From positions 4,055 to 68,054 of the forward strand of contig JACPKP010000006.1 in NCBI GenBank assembly GCA_016186955.1: a stretch of DNA of 64,000 nt, read 5' to 3'. How positions within the stretch are numbered: the stretch's first letter is position 1; every line of letters starts with the position of its first letter. The notes under the pieces were generated by a model. The model saw only the letters and a program-made list of their open reading frames with translations, had not been told where the DNA came from and made no database searches. Position numbers and translations under genes: made by a program. The DNA is from Candidatus Daviesbacteria bacterium (GTDB lineage: Bacteria; Patescibacteriota; Microgenomatia; Daviesbacterales; UBA10151). This document shows, piece by piece, positions 40,964 through 50,190 of the stretch.

Positions 40964-41032
40964 TGTCATCTCTCGCGAATGCGAGTATTTCTGAAACAAG
41001 TTCAGAGATTCCTCGTTATACTCGGAATGACA
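40964..41032. repeat. REP/RPE-like palindromic element
   Basis: TGTCATC...GATTCCTCG...CGGAATGACA. Confidence 0.65.
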
Positions 41033-41172
41033 GCTTCTTTGTTAAATCCTGAACAATTACCTTGTCATGCTGGTTCACCTGGAACCCTTGACAACTATGG
41101 GTTAGATGTGTTAGGATTCTTTTTACGCACATTGACAAGGGGTTGGGGAGGAAAAATTCGGAGGAGGAGAAA

Positions 41173-41511
41173 ATGGGATTTTTGAGTAGTTGGTTCGGTT
41201 CGCCGGATGAAGTCCGGCTCACCCGGGAGGAGCTGACCGAGGCTTTGTCCTTGATCGGCACCACCCCAGCGGGGTTGGCTGGGCTCGCCAAGCAAGACTC
41301 TGCGGAGCTTTCCCGGCGGGCGGCCGAGGAAACCAAAAATGCCGACACGGCCGAGGCGGCCGTGTTAGCAGCGTACAACAAGCAGCTTCGTCAGCTGCAG
41401 CTCGAGCGGGACGGTGGTCTCGCTAATGCCGCATACACGCGGGGTTTGGCGCGAATCATTGACCGCAAGGCACAAATCCAAGCCTCGCTCGCGGGAAAGC
41501 TCGCGGGCTAA
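41173..41511 (+). CDS. small GC-rich Ala-rich coiled-coil protein
   Basis: SD GGAGGAGG before ATG 41173; downstream terminator. Confidence 0.7.
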   Translation: MGFLSSWFGSPDEVRLTREELTEALSLIGTTPAGLAGLAKQDSAELSRRAAEETKNADTAEAAVLAAYNKQLRQLQLERDGGLANAAYTRGLARIIDRKAQIQASLAGKLAG

Positions 41512-41566
41512 CAGAACATCCACACCTCCTCCTCTTCCCCTTTTGCCGGCCTGGGGCCGGCGTGCG

Positions 41567-41600
41567 GCCCCCTACCACCGTGGTAGGGGGCTTCTTTTTA
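41567..41600 (+). terminator. intrinsic terminator
   Basis: gccccctacca-ccg-tggtagggggc followed by T-rich tail. Confidence 0.8.
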
Positions 41601-41695
41601 TTGGAGTCTGCCGAAAACCGTGGACTGTAGTCCACGGATGAAGGCGACGGAAAGAAGCGGAGCTTCATCTTTTTTAAAATGTTATAATACCGATT

Positions 41696-43294
41696 ATGTC
41701 TTCTGAAAAGTTTGAAACTTTAAGCGGCATACCCCTGGAAACTTATTACTCCCCTAAAAAACGCGGGAAAAATTATAAAATAAACCTGGGCAATCCCGGT
41801 GAATATCCTTACACAAGGGGGATCCACAAAACTGGTTACCGGGGGAAACTTTGGACCATGCGCCAGTTTGCCGGCTTTGGGACAGCCGAGGAAACCAACG
41901 GGAGGTTTAAATATCTTTTGTCAGAGGGCCAAACAGGGCTTTCCACAGCCTTTGACCTGCCAACCCTTTACGGAAGGGATACCGACGACCCGGGCAGGGA
42001 TGCCACCGAACCACCTGCATGGCCTGACTTTGGCGAAGGCGGGGTAGCATGCTCATCACTTTTGGATATGGAGGCGCTGTTTAAGGATATCCCCCTGGAA
42101 GATGTCTCCGTATCAATGACCATTAACGGCCCTGCCTCAATAATTTGGGCGATGTTTTTGGCAAACAGTGATAACAGGGGGTTTGAGAGAAAAAATTTAC
42201 GGGGGACGCTGCAAAATGATATATTAAAAGAATTCCATGCTCAAAACGAACAGCTTTTTCCGCTCCGGCCCAGTATGAGGCTGGTCGCCGATACTATTGG
42301 TTTTGCCATAAAAGAAGTCCCGCTTTTTAACCCGGTCTCCGTTTCCGGTTACCACATCCGGGAAAAAGGGTCAACAGCGGTCCAAGAGCTGGCTTTTACC
42401 TTATCCGACGGGTTTGCCTATCTGGATGAATGCCTCACCCGGGGCATGGATATTGATGAAGTGGCGCCAAGGCTTAGTTTTTTCTTTAACTCCCACAATG
42501 ATTTTTTTGAAGAGATCTGCAAATTTAGGGCTGCCAGAAGAATTTGGGCCAAGGAATTGAAGGAAAAATACGGGGCAAAACAGGAACGAAGTTGGAAACT
42601 CAAATTCCATACCCAAACCGCAGGCTGCAGTCTTTACCAAAACCGGATTGCCAATAACGAAGTCAGGATCACCCTGCAGGCTTTAGCAGCTGTATTGGGA
42701 GGGACGCAAAGCCTGCACACCGATGCCATAGACGAGGCTGAATCCCTGCCTACCCAGGAAGCAGTTAAAAAAGCCCTCCGCACCCAGCAGATCATCGCTT
42801 ATGAATCCGGGGTTGCCAAAACCGTTGACCCTTTGGGCGGAAGTTATTTTATAGAAGGGCTGACAAACCATATGGAACAAGAGGCAAGAAAATATTTTGA
42901 GGAGATTGAAAAAATAGGCGGTGTTATAGCTGCCGCTGAAGAAGGCTATCAAAAATATGTGATTGAAGAGGCCGGGTTTGAATATGAGATGGCCAAGGAC
43001 CGGGGGGATCTGGTGATCGTCGGGGTGAATAAATTTTTAGACCCAAGGGATGCGCCCACTGTCCGCAACAAAGACCCACAAGGTTTATCAAGACAATTGG
43101 ACAGGCTAAAAAATTTAAGGGCAAACCGCAACAATGATGAGGTTTTAAAATCCTTAGCTAAATTAAAAGATGTATGTCAAGGCCATGAAAATGTCATGCC
43201 GGCGCTGGTTGATGCAGCCAAAGCATATGCCACACTTGGTGAGATGACAAATAAAATGAAGGAGGTGTTTGGGGAAGCGCAAAGGCCAACTTAA
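41696..43294 (+). CDS. B12-dependent acyl-CoA mutase large subunit with isobutyryl-CoA-mutase-type signature
   Basis: PYTRG, WTMRQFAG, SMTIN, NDILKEFHAQ, SGYHIRE, DPLGGSY. Confidence 0.92.
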   Translation: MSSEKFETLSGIPLETYYSPKKRGKNYKINLGNPGEYPYTRGIHKTGYRGKLWTMRQFAGFGTAEETNGRFKYLLSEGQTGLSTAFDLPTLYGRDTDDPGRDATEPPAWPDFGEGGVACSSLLDMEALFKDIPLEDVSVSMTINGPASIIWAMFLANSDNRGFERKNLRGTLQNDILKEFHAQNEQLFPLRPSMRLVADTIGFAIKEVPLFNPVSVSGYHIREKGSTAVQELAFTLSDGFAYLDECLTRGMDIDEVAPRLSFFFNSHNDFFEEICKFRAARRIWAKELKEKYGAKQERSWKLKFHTQTAGCSLYQNRIANNEVRITLQALAAVLGGTQSLHTDAIDEAESLPTQEAVKKALRTQQIIAYESGVAKTVDPLGGSYFIEGLTNHMEQEARKYFEEIEKIGGVIAAAEEGYQKYVIEEAGFEYEMAKDRGDLVIVGVNKFLDPRDAPTVRNKDPQGLSRQLDRLKNLRANRNNDEVLKSLAKLKDVCQGHENVMPALVDAAKAYATLGEMTNKMKEVFGEAQRPT

Positions 43295-43297
43295 ATT

Positions 43298-44341
43298 ATG
43301 GTTGAATGGGAATTTAAAAAATTAAACCCAAATAGTGTAACTTTTGCCAGGCTTGATGGAGAGCTGGAAAAATTAAAGGCAGACTATACAAAAGTTCTCA
43401 GGATGGCTTTAGAATCTAAAGTTTCCTCTCCTTCCTTTTCAAAATATCCGGTTAGAGGCAGCCTGGGGACACCGGACTCCCACAAAATGTTTGCAGGAAA
43501 TATTGAGTATGGGTTTTGCCAGGCGCTTCATATGGAGGAAGCTGCTGTGGCATCATTCCGCTCAATATATAAAAGGCCGGGCCGGCAGCGGGCTATTTTG
43601 GGGATTGTTGCAGGAAATCCGGAAATTTTTACCGGACCTTGCGGAAACTGTAGGGACATCCTGCTTGATGAATTTAACCCAAACCTTGAGATAGTTTCAG
43701 GCTCCCCAACAGGCGGCACGGCAATTGTCTCAACACTTGGGGATTTTCTATTTGACAGGTTTAAAAAAATCCCCAGGCAAAATGCGCTAACCCTGGCGCC
43801 GGATGGTTTTATCACCAAAGTCTGGGACACGCTGCGGGAAGGGGAGAGGCTTACTTTTGACGGGTGCTCACCAGACAATATCCATCCGGAGAGAAGATAT
43901 TATGCTTCCATTTCCACAAAACGGAATATTTATTTTGGCGGACTGGACCTAATGTGTGATGACCATCCCATTTATCCGCTTAGGGATGCAATAAGAAGCG
44001 CACGGAGAACACATGATGCGGATATAAATTATGTTATAGTCCTGGGTAAAAATCCCTCAAACAACCCTCCCCATGTCATGTACAAAGACAGGCAGCACCT
44101 TTTCGAGCTTAACTGCCAGCAGGAAATGCTTTTAGGAAGACAACAGAACCCCAAGGTTTACCTGGTGTCCCAAAAAGAGCGGGGGGGTATAGGTAATGTC
44201 TGGCAAACTTCTGTCAAGGAGTGGCTGCCTTGCCCTTTTAGTGCAAGAAATTTTGGGGATGAATTTGTAAAAAATTTAACTCAATATTATCAAAACAAAA
44301 ACAACTCCAAACCTCCCCAGCTCTTTTGGCGGATAAATTAA
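43298..44341 (+). CDS. cytidine deaminase-like two-domain protein
   Basis: GNIE...HMEE...PCGNCR; degenerate second domain. Confidence 0.75.
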   Translation: MVEWEFKKLNPNSVTFARLDGELEKLKADYTKVLRMALESKVSSPSFSKYPVRGSLGTPDSHKMFAGNIEYGFCQALHMEEAAVASFRSIYKRPGRQRAILGIVAGNPEIFTGPCGNCRDILLDEFNPNLEIVSGSPTGGTAIVSTLGDFLFDRFKKIPRQNALTLAPDGFITKVWDTLREGERLTFDGCSPDNIHPERRYYASISTKRNIYFGGLDLMCDDHPIYPLRDAIRSARRTHDADINYVIVLGKNPSNNPPHVMYKDRQHLFELNCQQEMLLGRQQNPKVYLVSQKERGGIGNVWQTSVKEWLPCPFSARNFGDEFVKNLTQYYQNKNNSKPPQLFWRIN

Positions 44342-44428
44342 CAGGGGAGAGAGTAACCCCTCCCTTATTTTTTAAAATCACTGATACCCTTTGGCCTGAA
44401 GTTTAAAAAGTTATGTTATAATTCCTTT

Positions 44429-44701
44429 ATGTTTAAACAAACAGAAAAAGTTTCCGAATATGAGTTGCCTATTAAAATATGGCCTCAAAAAAATGGAGGC
44501 TTTGTTGTAACCTCACCCTTGTGGAATGACTGTTATGCACAAGGAGACACAGTGGACGAGGCAGTACTGGAAATTACCGCACTTGCTCAATCTTTAATTG
44601 AATTATATAAGGAAGAAGGGTTAAAAATCCCTCTAAAATTAGCTGGTGAAAAAAAGTTTGATAACCCAAATCTCTCTGTGCCAATTTTAGTAGCAGTATG
44701 A
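44429..44701 (+). CDS. hicB: HicB family antitoxin
   Basis: GGFVVTSP...CYAQGDTVDEA. Confidence 0.9.
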   Translation: MFKQTEKVSEYELPIKIWPQKNGGFVVTSPLWNDCYAQGDTVDEAVLEITALAQSLIELYKEEGLKIPLKLAGEKKFDNPNLSVPILVAV

Positions 44702-44910
44702 ATCCTCTCACGTACAGAGAAATTATCAAAAAGGCCCGTAAAGTGGGTTTTGTATTCCGCAGGAACACAGGAGGAACCCATGAAATCTGGTGGAATGAAG
44801 CCAAAAGGAAAACATGTATTATCCCTCACCACCATGAAATTAAACCGGGAACTTTAAAAAATATCTTGAGACAAATGGGACTAACTGAAGCAGAATTTAA
44901 AAAACTATAA
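44698..44910 (+). CDS. hicA: HicA family toxin
   Basis: GF...GGTHEIW...IPHH.EIKPGTLKNIL. Confidence 0.92.
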   Translation: MNPLTYREIIKKARKVGFVFRRNTGGTHEIWWNEAKRKTCIIPHHHEIKPGTLKNILRQMGLTEAEFKKL

Positions 44911-44912
44911 TC

Positions 44913-46733
44913 TTACTGATACCCCTTGGCCTGAAGTTTAAAAAGCCCAGCATATTGACCGTTTAATTTTATCAGCTCTTTGTGGCTGCCTGATTCAACT
45001 ATTTTCCCGTCTCCTATCACATAAATTTTATCCGCATTCCGAACAGTTGAAAACCTGTGGGAGATTATAATCACTGTTTTATCTTTAGAAAGTCTCTCAA
45101 CCCGGTTAAAAACCTCGCTTTCAGCCTTGGCATCAAGCGCTGCGGTGGGTTCATCCAAAATTAAAACAGGGGCGTTTCTGAAAAAAGCCCTGGCCAGGGC
45201 AACCTTTTGCCACTGGCCGCCGGATAACTCCTGTCCGCCCTCAAAGGTCCTGCCCAGCATCTGGTCGTAATTTTCCTCCAGATCTTCAACCATTGACTTT
45301 GCCCCGGCATTTTTAACGGCATCCTTAATATCCGCTAAATTATTGTCTCCCCAAACCCTGCCGAAGAAAATATTTTCCCTGACACTATATTCATACTTGC
45401 TGTAGTCCTGAAACAATACCCCCAGGCTTTTCCACCACGATTCAAGCTCCAAATCCTTCAGGCTTACCCCATCCACCAGGATTTCCCCAGAGTCAACATC
45501 ATAAAACCTGGCCAGAAGTTTTACCAGGGTGGTTTTGCCGGCGCCGTTTTCCCCAACCAACGCCACTTTTTCTCCGGGATCAACAGTCAAAGAGAAGTTA
45601 TCAAAAACCTTTTTATTGGTCGCTGGGTAAGTAAAGCTGATGTTTTTAAACTCGATGGCAGGCGTTTTATTAAAATCCCGCTTGATTGGATTTTCCCTTT
45701 CTGCAACCAGCGGTTGCTTGTCTAAAACCTCAAACATTGACGAAACATAAAGGCTGGTTTCAAACATGTTGACCAGGTTGCGGAAAAACCCGGCCACGCC
45801 GTTTTGGAAGTTTGAGACAGCTGTCGTAAAGTAGCTGATGTCACCGATGGTGATCTTTTTTGATATTGACTGCATGATGATGAAAACCAATATGCCAACA
45901 AATACAATTCCGCTGAATAAGTCAAACAGCATATTCAAAAAAAGGTATTTTGTGGCAAGATCCCGGTTTTTTTTATAGAAGTTTTCATGCAGCCCCCTCA
46001 TCTCCCCTAAAAACCAGGCCGGCAGCCTGAAAATTTTCATATCCGCTATGGCATTTCTATCCTGCAAAAGCCATGACAGGTACCAGAATTTTTTTCTGTT
46101 GGGGGAATTCTCATCCCAAAGCACCCATGAAAGCTCTGATTGTTTAGTCCTGTTGATAAACTCAGGCACTGCAACAACCAAAATTACCAGTATCAAAACT
46201 GGGGAGAGGCTAAACAAAATCACCATTGATGCCGCCATCTGGACAAAACCCTGGAAGGTAAAAAATATATACTGGATCATATTAAGCGGCCTCCAGGCAT
46301 AAGAATCCCTGACTTTCTCCAATGTATTTTTAAATTCGCTGTCATCAAAGTAGGCCAGATCCAAACTTGAGACTTTCAGCAAAACTTTCTGGTATAAAGC
46401 AATGGGGATTTTTGTATTGATTAACCTTAAGAAATAATCCTGGATGGAAAAAACAATGCTTTGCAGGGTATAGAGCAAAACCGCTGCCGCAACCAAAGCT
46501 GTTATAGATTTGTAGTCCGGCAAGCCTCCTGAGACAACCGGAACTATTTGGTCAATAATCAGCTTAAAATTATACGCTATGGCAAACGGCACCAGGGCGG
46601 GCAGGGTAACCGCTATGCTGTAAAAAATAAAAAGCCGCTTATCTATAGACCAGAAAAGTCTAATCAATCTTCCTGAGGTGATGATGGTGCTTTTAAGTTT
46701 GGTAAATTTTTCCGAGTATCTGGTTTTGAACAT
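44913..46733 (-). CDS. ABC exporter, fused permease and ATPase
   Basis: GENGAGKT, LSGGQ, LILDEPT; N-terminal TM helices. Confidence 0.95.
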   Translation of the reverse strand: MFKTRYSEKFTKLKSTIITSGRLIRLFWSIDKRLFIFYSIAVTLPALVPFAIAYNFKLIIDQIVPVVSGGLPDYKSITALVAAAVLLYTLQSIVFSIQDYFLRLINTKIPIALYQKVLLKVSSLDLAYFDDSEFKNTLEKVRDSYAWRPLNMIQYIFFTFQGFVQMAASMVILFSLSPVLILVILVVAVPEFINRTKQSELSWVLWDENSPNRKKFWYLSWLLQDRNAIADMKIFRLPAWFLGEMRGLHENFYKKNRDLATKYLFLNMLFDLFSGIVFVGILVFIIMQSISKKITIGDISYFTTAVSNFQNGVAGFFRNLVNMFETSLYVSSMFEVLDKQPLVAERENPIKRDFNKTPAIEFKNISFTYPATNKKVFDNFSLTVDPGEKVALVGENGAGKTTLVKLLARFYDVDSGEILVDGVSLKDLELESWWKSLGVLFQDYSKYEYSVRENIFFGRVWGDNNLADIKDAVKNAGAKSMVEDLEENYDQMLGRTFEGGQELSGGQWQKVALARAFFRNAPVLILDEPTAALDAKAESEVFNRVERLSKDKTVIIISHRFSTVRNADKIYVIGDGKIVESGSHKELIKLNGQYAGLFKLQAKGYQ

Positions 46734-46815
46734 ATTTTAATCCTAGCATAAAGGTTAAAAGATTGGGTATAATGAATATTACTCTTTAAACGGAGTGAGA
46801 AGTTATCTTTAAAAT

Positions 46816-47997
46816 ATGACAAATGACGAAAAGTATAAACTAATAACCAGGAATCTGGAAGAAGTTTTAACTGATAGAGAGCTAAAAGAGCTCATTGCTT
46901 CAGGAAAACCTTTAAAACACTACATCGGCCTTGAGATTTCAGGAAAAGCCCATGCAGGATGGGTTTTTATGATGCTTAAAATTAAAGACTTGCAGGATGC
47001 AGGCGTTGAAACAAATATTCTTTTGGCTGATTGGCATACCTGGCTTAATAAAAAACTTGACGGAACGTTAGAAACTGCCAAAAGGCTGGCAAGGGATTAT
47101 TTTGAAGAAGCGCTTAAAGCAACAGCACTTTGCGCCGGAGCAGATCCTGATAGAATAAACTTTGTTTTAGGAAGTGAACTTTATAAAAAATTGGGAAGTG
47201 ATTACTGGGCGAAAGTCATCAAAGTAGCCAAAGCCACTACAGTTGCCAGGATGATGCGCTCCACAACAATAATGGGGCGCAAAGAATCTGAAGTTTCAGA
47301 CACTGCCATGTTATTTTACCCGGCGATGCAATCTGCTGATATTTTTGCACTTGGGGTAAATATAGCCCACTCAGGAACTGATCAAAGAAACGTTCATGTT
47401 GTAGCCAGGGAAGCAGCTGGGGAGTTGGGGGAAGAAAAACCAATTGCCATCCATCACCACTTATTACTTGGCTTAGCACGTCCCACTGGTATATACACAC
47501 AGCAGGAGATAAAACAAGCACAACAAATTTCACAAGAACTTCCTGACAATTTCGATCAGGTAATAAAAAATGCCCAAGATTTATCAGGTAAACCTAGTTT
47601 AGATGCAATAAAATTGGCCTTGAAAATGAGTAAATCTGTTCCTGACAGCGCAGTTTTTATTCATGATTCCCCTGAAGAGATCAAAAGAAAGGTGATGAAT
47701 GCTTTTTGCCCAGAGGGAAAGGTAACATTCAACCCGATTCTGGACTGGGTAAAATGGCTGATATTCTACAACCCCACAACCTTTACAGTAAAACGCGACC
47801 CTAAGTATGGATCGAATTTGACATATACGTCTTATTTTGATTTAGAAAAGGATTATGTTTCTAAAAATTTGCACCCCCAGGATTTAAAAACTGCAGTTGC
47901 GGATTGGTTAATCGAAAAACTGGAACCTGCCCGCAAATACTTTGAAGGCCCAAAAAGAAAAACTGCACTGGAGGAGATTGATAGATTAACAAATTAA
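46816..47997 (+). CDS. tyrS: tyrosine--tRNA ligase, archaeal type
   Basis: YIGLEISG-x-HAG, LLADWH.WLN.K, YPAMQSADI, GTDQR, KMSKS, NAFCP; no S4 domain. Confidence 0.93.
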   Translation: MTNDEKYKLITRNLEEVLTDRELKELIASGKPLKHYIGLEISGKAHAGWVFMMLKIKDLQDAGVETNILLADWHTWLNKKLDGTLETAKRLARDYFEEALKATALCAGADPDRINFVLGSELYKKLGSDYWAKVIKVAKATTVARMMRSTTIMGRKESEVSDTAMLFYPAMQSADIFALGVNIAHSGTDQRNVHVVAREAAGELGEEKPIAIHHHLLLGLARPTGIYTQQEIKQAQQISQELPDNFDQVIKNAQDLSGKPSLDAIKLALKMSKSVPDSAVFIHDSPEEIKRKVMNAFCPEGKVTFNPILDWVKWLIFYNPTTFTVKRDPKYGSNLTYTSYFDLEKDYVSKNLHPQDLKTAVADWLIEKLEPARKYFEGPKRKTALEEIDRLTN

Positions 47998-48284
47998 CTT
48001 TTACGTAAAAGGCCCTGACTTAAACCTAACCACAACCCTAATAAACCTACGAGACCTATTATGGTCTGCGGCCCTTCTTTGAGTAATAATTGAGTTACAT
48101 AATCCATATCATGGCCTTGCGCTAATGATGCCTGAGTCATCCACAAAGTTGACCCGACAACTCCAATCAAAAAACCTGTTGCGCCCCATTTTAATGCATT
48201 CTTCCACGACCATCTCAAACCCCCTCTTTCAGAAGGCGCTTGAACAATATTTTGTGGTATTGGTTCTTGTTCCTGATAACTCAT
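47994..48284 (-). CDS. small membrane protein
   Basis: Two hydrophobic helices. Confidence 0.55.
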   Translation of the reverse strand: MSYQEQEPIPQNIVQAPSERGGLRWSWKNALKWGATGFLIGVVGSTLWMTQASLAQGHDMDYVTQLLLKEGPQTIIGLVGLLGLWLGLSQGLLRKS

Positions 48285-48321
48285 GATAAGAAGTTTATCA
48301 CAACTTATCAACAATTGTATT

Positions 48322-48384
48322 TGTCATCTCGACCGTAGTGAAGAGGCCCCTTTAATCAAGAGATTCCTCGACTACGCTCGGAGT
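48322..48384. repeat. REP/RPE-like element
   Basis: TGTCATCTCGACCG...GATTCCTCGACTACGCTCGG. Confidence 0.6.
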
Positions 48385-48475
48385 ACCAGTTGACTGGGAA
48401 GAACTGAACTCATACTTGTAATTAATAACTCATTTCCTGTTCCCTTAACATCTCCTTTTTTACATTACTGTCTTG

Positions 48476-48501
48476 ACTCTAATTCTCTCGTGTATTAGAG
48501 T
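48476..48501 (+). promoter_or_regulatory. palindromic operator overlapping a TTGACT-17-TAGAGT promoter; second copy at 48979-49004
   Basis: ACTCTAAT-N10-ATTAGAGT. Confidence 0.7.
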
Positions 48502-48508
48502 TTTAAGA

Positions 48509-48979
48509 ATGACAAAGATCTCAAGAATCCCTATAGAAGTAAGGCGGATGGGATATTTTATTTCAAATCTTTGGAATGCTTTCAGCCTTCTTGAAAGTAG
48601 GGAAGAAGCTGTGATTTTTTTGAAGGAACTACTAACTCCTACTGAAATAAGAATGATGGCAAAAAGAATCCAAATTGCTAAAATGTTGCTCGAAGGATAT
48701 AAATATGATGACATCAAAACCCATGTGAGGGTTACTAATAATACTATTTCGTCAGTAAACAGTAAGCTGCAGTTTGAGGATGGTGGAGGATATTTAAAAA
48801 TAGTAAAGCGATTAATTCAAATTGAGAGTAAAAGACAAGACAAATTGGAGGGTAAAAAAAGTATTTTTGATCCAGGTCCTTATGCTGGAAGAAAAACTAC
48901 TGAGTGGCTTTTAAATAAATCTGCTAAGAAATTACAAAACTATATCAAAAGAAAATCCGTTGAGAAACAAACTGATTAA
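48509..48979 (+). CDS. TrpR-like (YerC/YecD) regulator
   Basis: FLKELLTPTEIRMMAKRIQIAKMLLEG..Y..I...V...TI. Confidence 0.88.
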   Translation: MTKISRIPIEVRRMGYFISNLWNAFSLLESREEAVIFLKELLTPTEIRMMAKRIQIAKMLLEGYKYDDIKTHVRVTNNTISSVNSKLQFEDGGGYLKIVKRLIQIESKRQDKLEGKKSIFDPGPYAGRKTTEWLLNKSAKKLQNYIKRKSVEKQTD

Positions 48980-49084
48980 CTCTGATACTCTCGTGTATTA
49001 GAGTATGTTTCGGAAAGATCTTTTCAAAAGTTGTTAACTTCGGAAAATTCAAAAAGAAAAGCTGCGCTGGAGGAAATGGAGAGA

Positions 49085-49381
49085 TTAACTGCTAAGTAAT
49101 TTAAAATCAACAAGATATCTGACAGGTATTTTTTCAATATATTTAATCCCGGGGTGAGGTAACAATTGTTGTAATATGGCATCCTGTAAATCAGATTCAA
49201 CTTTTAAAATATACCTGAGGCAGAGCATAGGATTCGGGTGCCCGGGAAGCTCATGTATCACTTCTAAAACACCCTGCATTGTTTTAATATCCAATATAGT
49301 AGCTTTATAATCTGTATTTTCTGCAAGCTCTGCAGACAATTCATCTGCTAAATAATCACTTAATACATTCTCTGCTTCCAT
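49085..49381 (-). CDS. hypothetical protein
   Basis: ORF only. Confidence 0.5.
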   Translation of the reverse strand: MEAENVLSDYLADELSAELAENTDYKATILDIKTMQGVLEVIHELPGHPNPMLCLRYILKVESDLQDAILQQLLPHPGIKYIEKIPVRYLVDFKLLSS

Positions 49382-49773
49382 AGACAAAATTTAGCATATT
49401 TCCTGTAAAAATTACAACTCTTTGATTTTTCCCGATCATTATATCTGTTTGCAGTTGATTTTAAAATGTAATCCTGGGTGGTATCCCTAAAGTTTTTTGT
49501 CTCACCCCATATTTTTTCACCCAAATACCCCAAACTGCCCCCACCGTAGGGGGATAAAAACAGTGGCCACCATCTTTCAAACATTGTTTGCTGCATCTTC
49601 AGATGAAGTGCAGCTATATTTGCTTCACCAACCACAATCATTCCTCCGGCAAAAATAATTCCTCCCACTCCTCCAACTATAGTCCAGGGGCTGGTTATAA
49701 AATTTTTAAGTTCTTGCTTTGGCAGGTTAATGACGTCTTCAACCTTCAATGGCTTGTATGCACGTTCAAACAT
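49360..49773 (-). CDS. hypothetical membrane protein
   Basis: ORF with a TM segment. Confidence 0.55.
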   Translation of the reverse strand: MFERAYKPLKVEDVINLPKQELKNFITSPWTIVGGVGGIIFAGGMIVVGEANIAALHLKMQQTMFERWWPLFLSPYGGGSLGYLGEKIWGETKNFRDTTQDYILKSTANRYNDREKSKSCNFYRKYAKFCLWKQRMY

Positions 49774-49814
49774 GTGCTCTATATAACATTATGCAGGATA
49801 ATATGCAAGAAGGA

Positions 49815-50015
49815 TTACTCAGGTCTTGGTTGCCTAAAACTCAACAAAAACGCAGCTGTCAGTAAACTTCCAACTACAAATCCTGTCAGAAAGGGCTGTT
49901 TATCTGGAAAATAATCAATCGCATTATTAAGCTTTTTGATCTGTGCATGAGTCCTGATAATAGCCTCAGCTTGTTTGACAGCCCAAAAACCTTCTAACCC
50001 ATCTTTTTCCTGCAT
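49815..50015 (-). CDS. small membrane protein
   Basis: C-terminal TM; -10-like box just upstream. Confidence 0.5.
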   Translation of the reverse strand: MQEKDGLEGFWAVKQAEAIIRTHAQIKKLNNAIDYFPDKQPFLTGFVVGSLLTAAFLLSFRQPRPE

Positions 50016-50190
50016 ATGGTATTATTATCTTGAAAGAGCGGATTATTTGCAAGGACTAAAATGGATACATTTATCAGGAAATACCGCCTGCTTTATATAA
50101 TACTTACTGCAATTGGAACCATAGCAATCATTTTGTTTGCATTGGCGCCTCTCTTTTACTAGAATCCACCCGCTTTGGTATAATTCCTTC

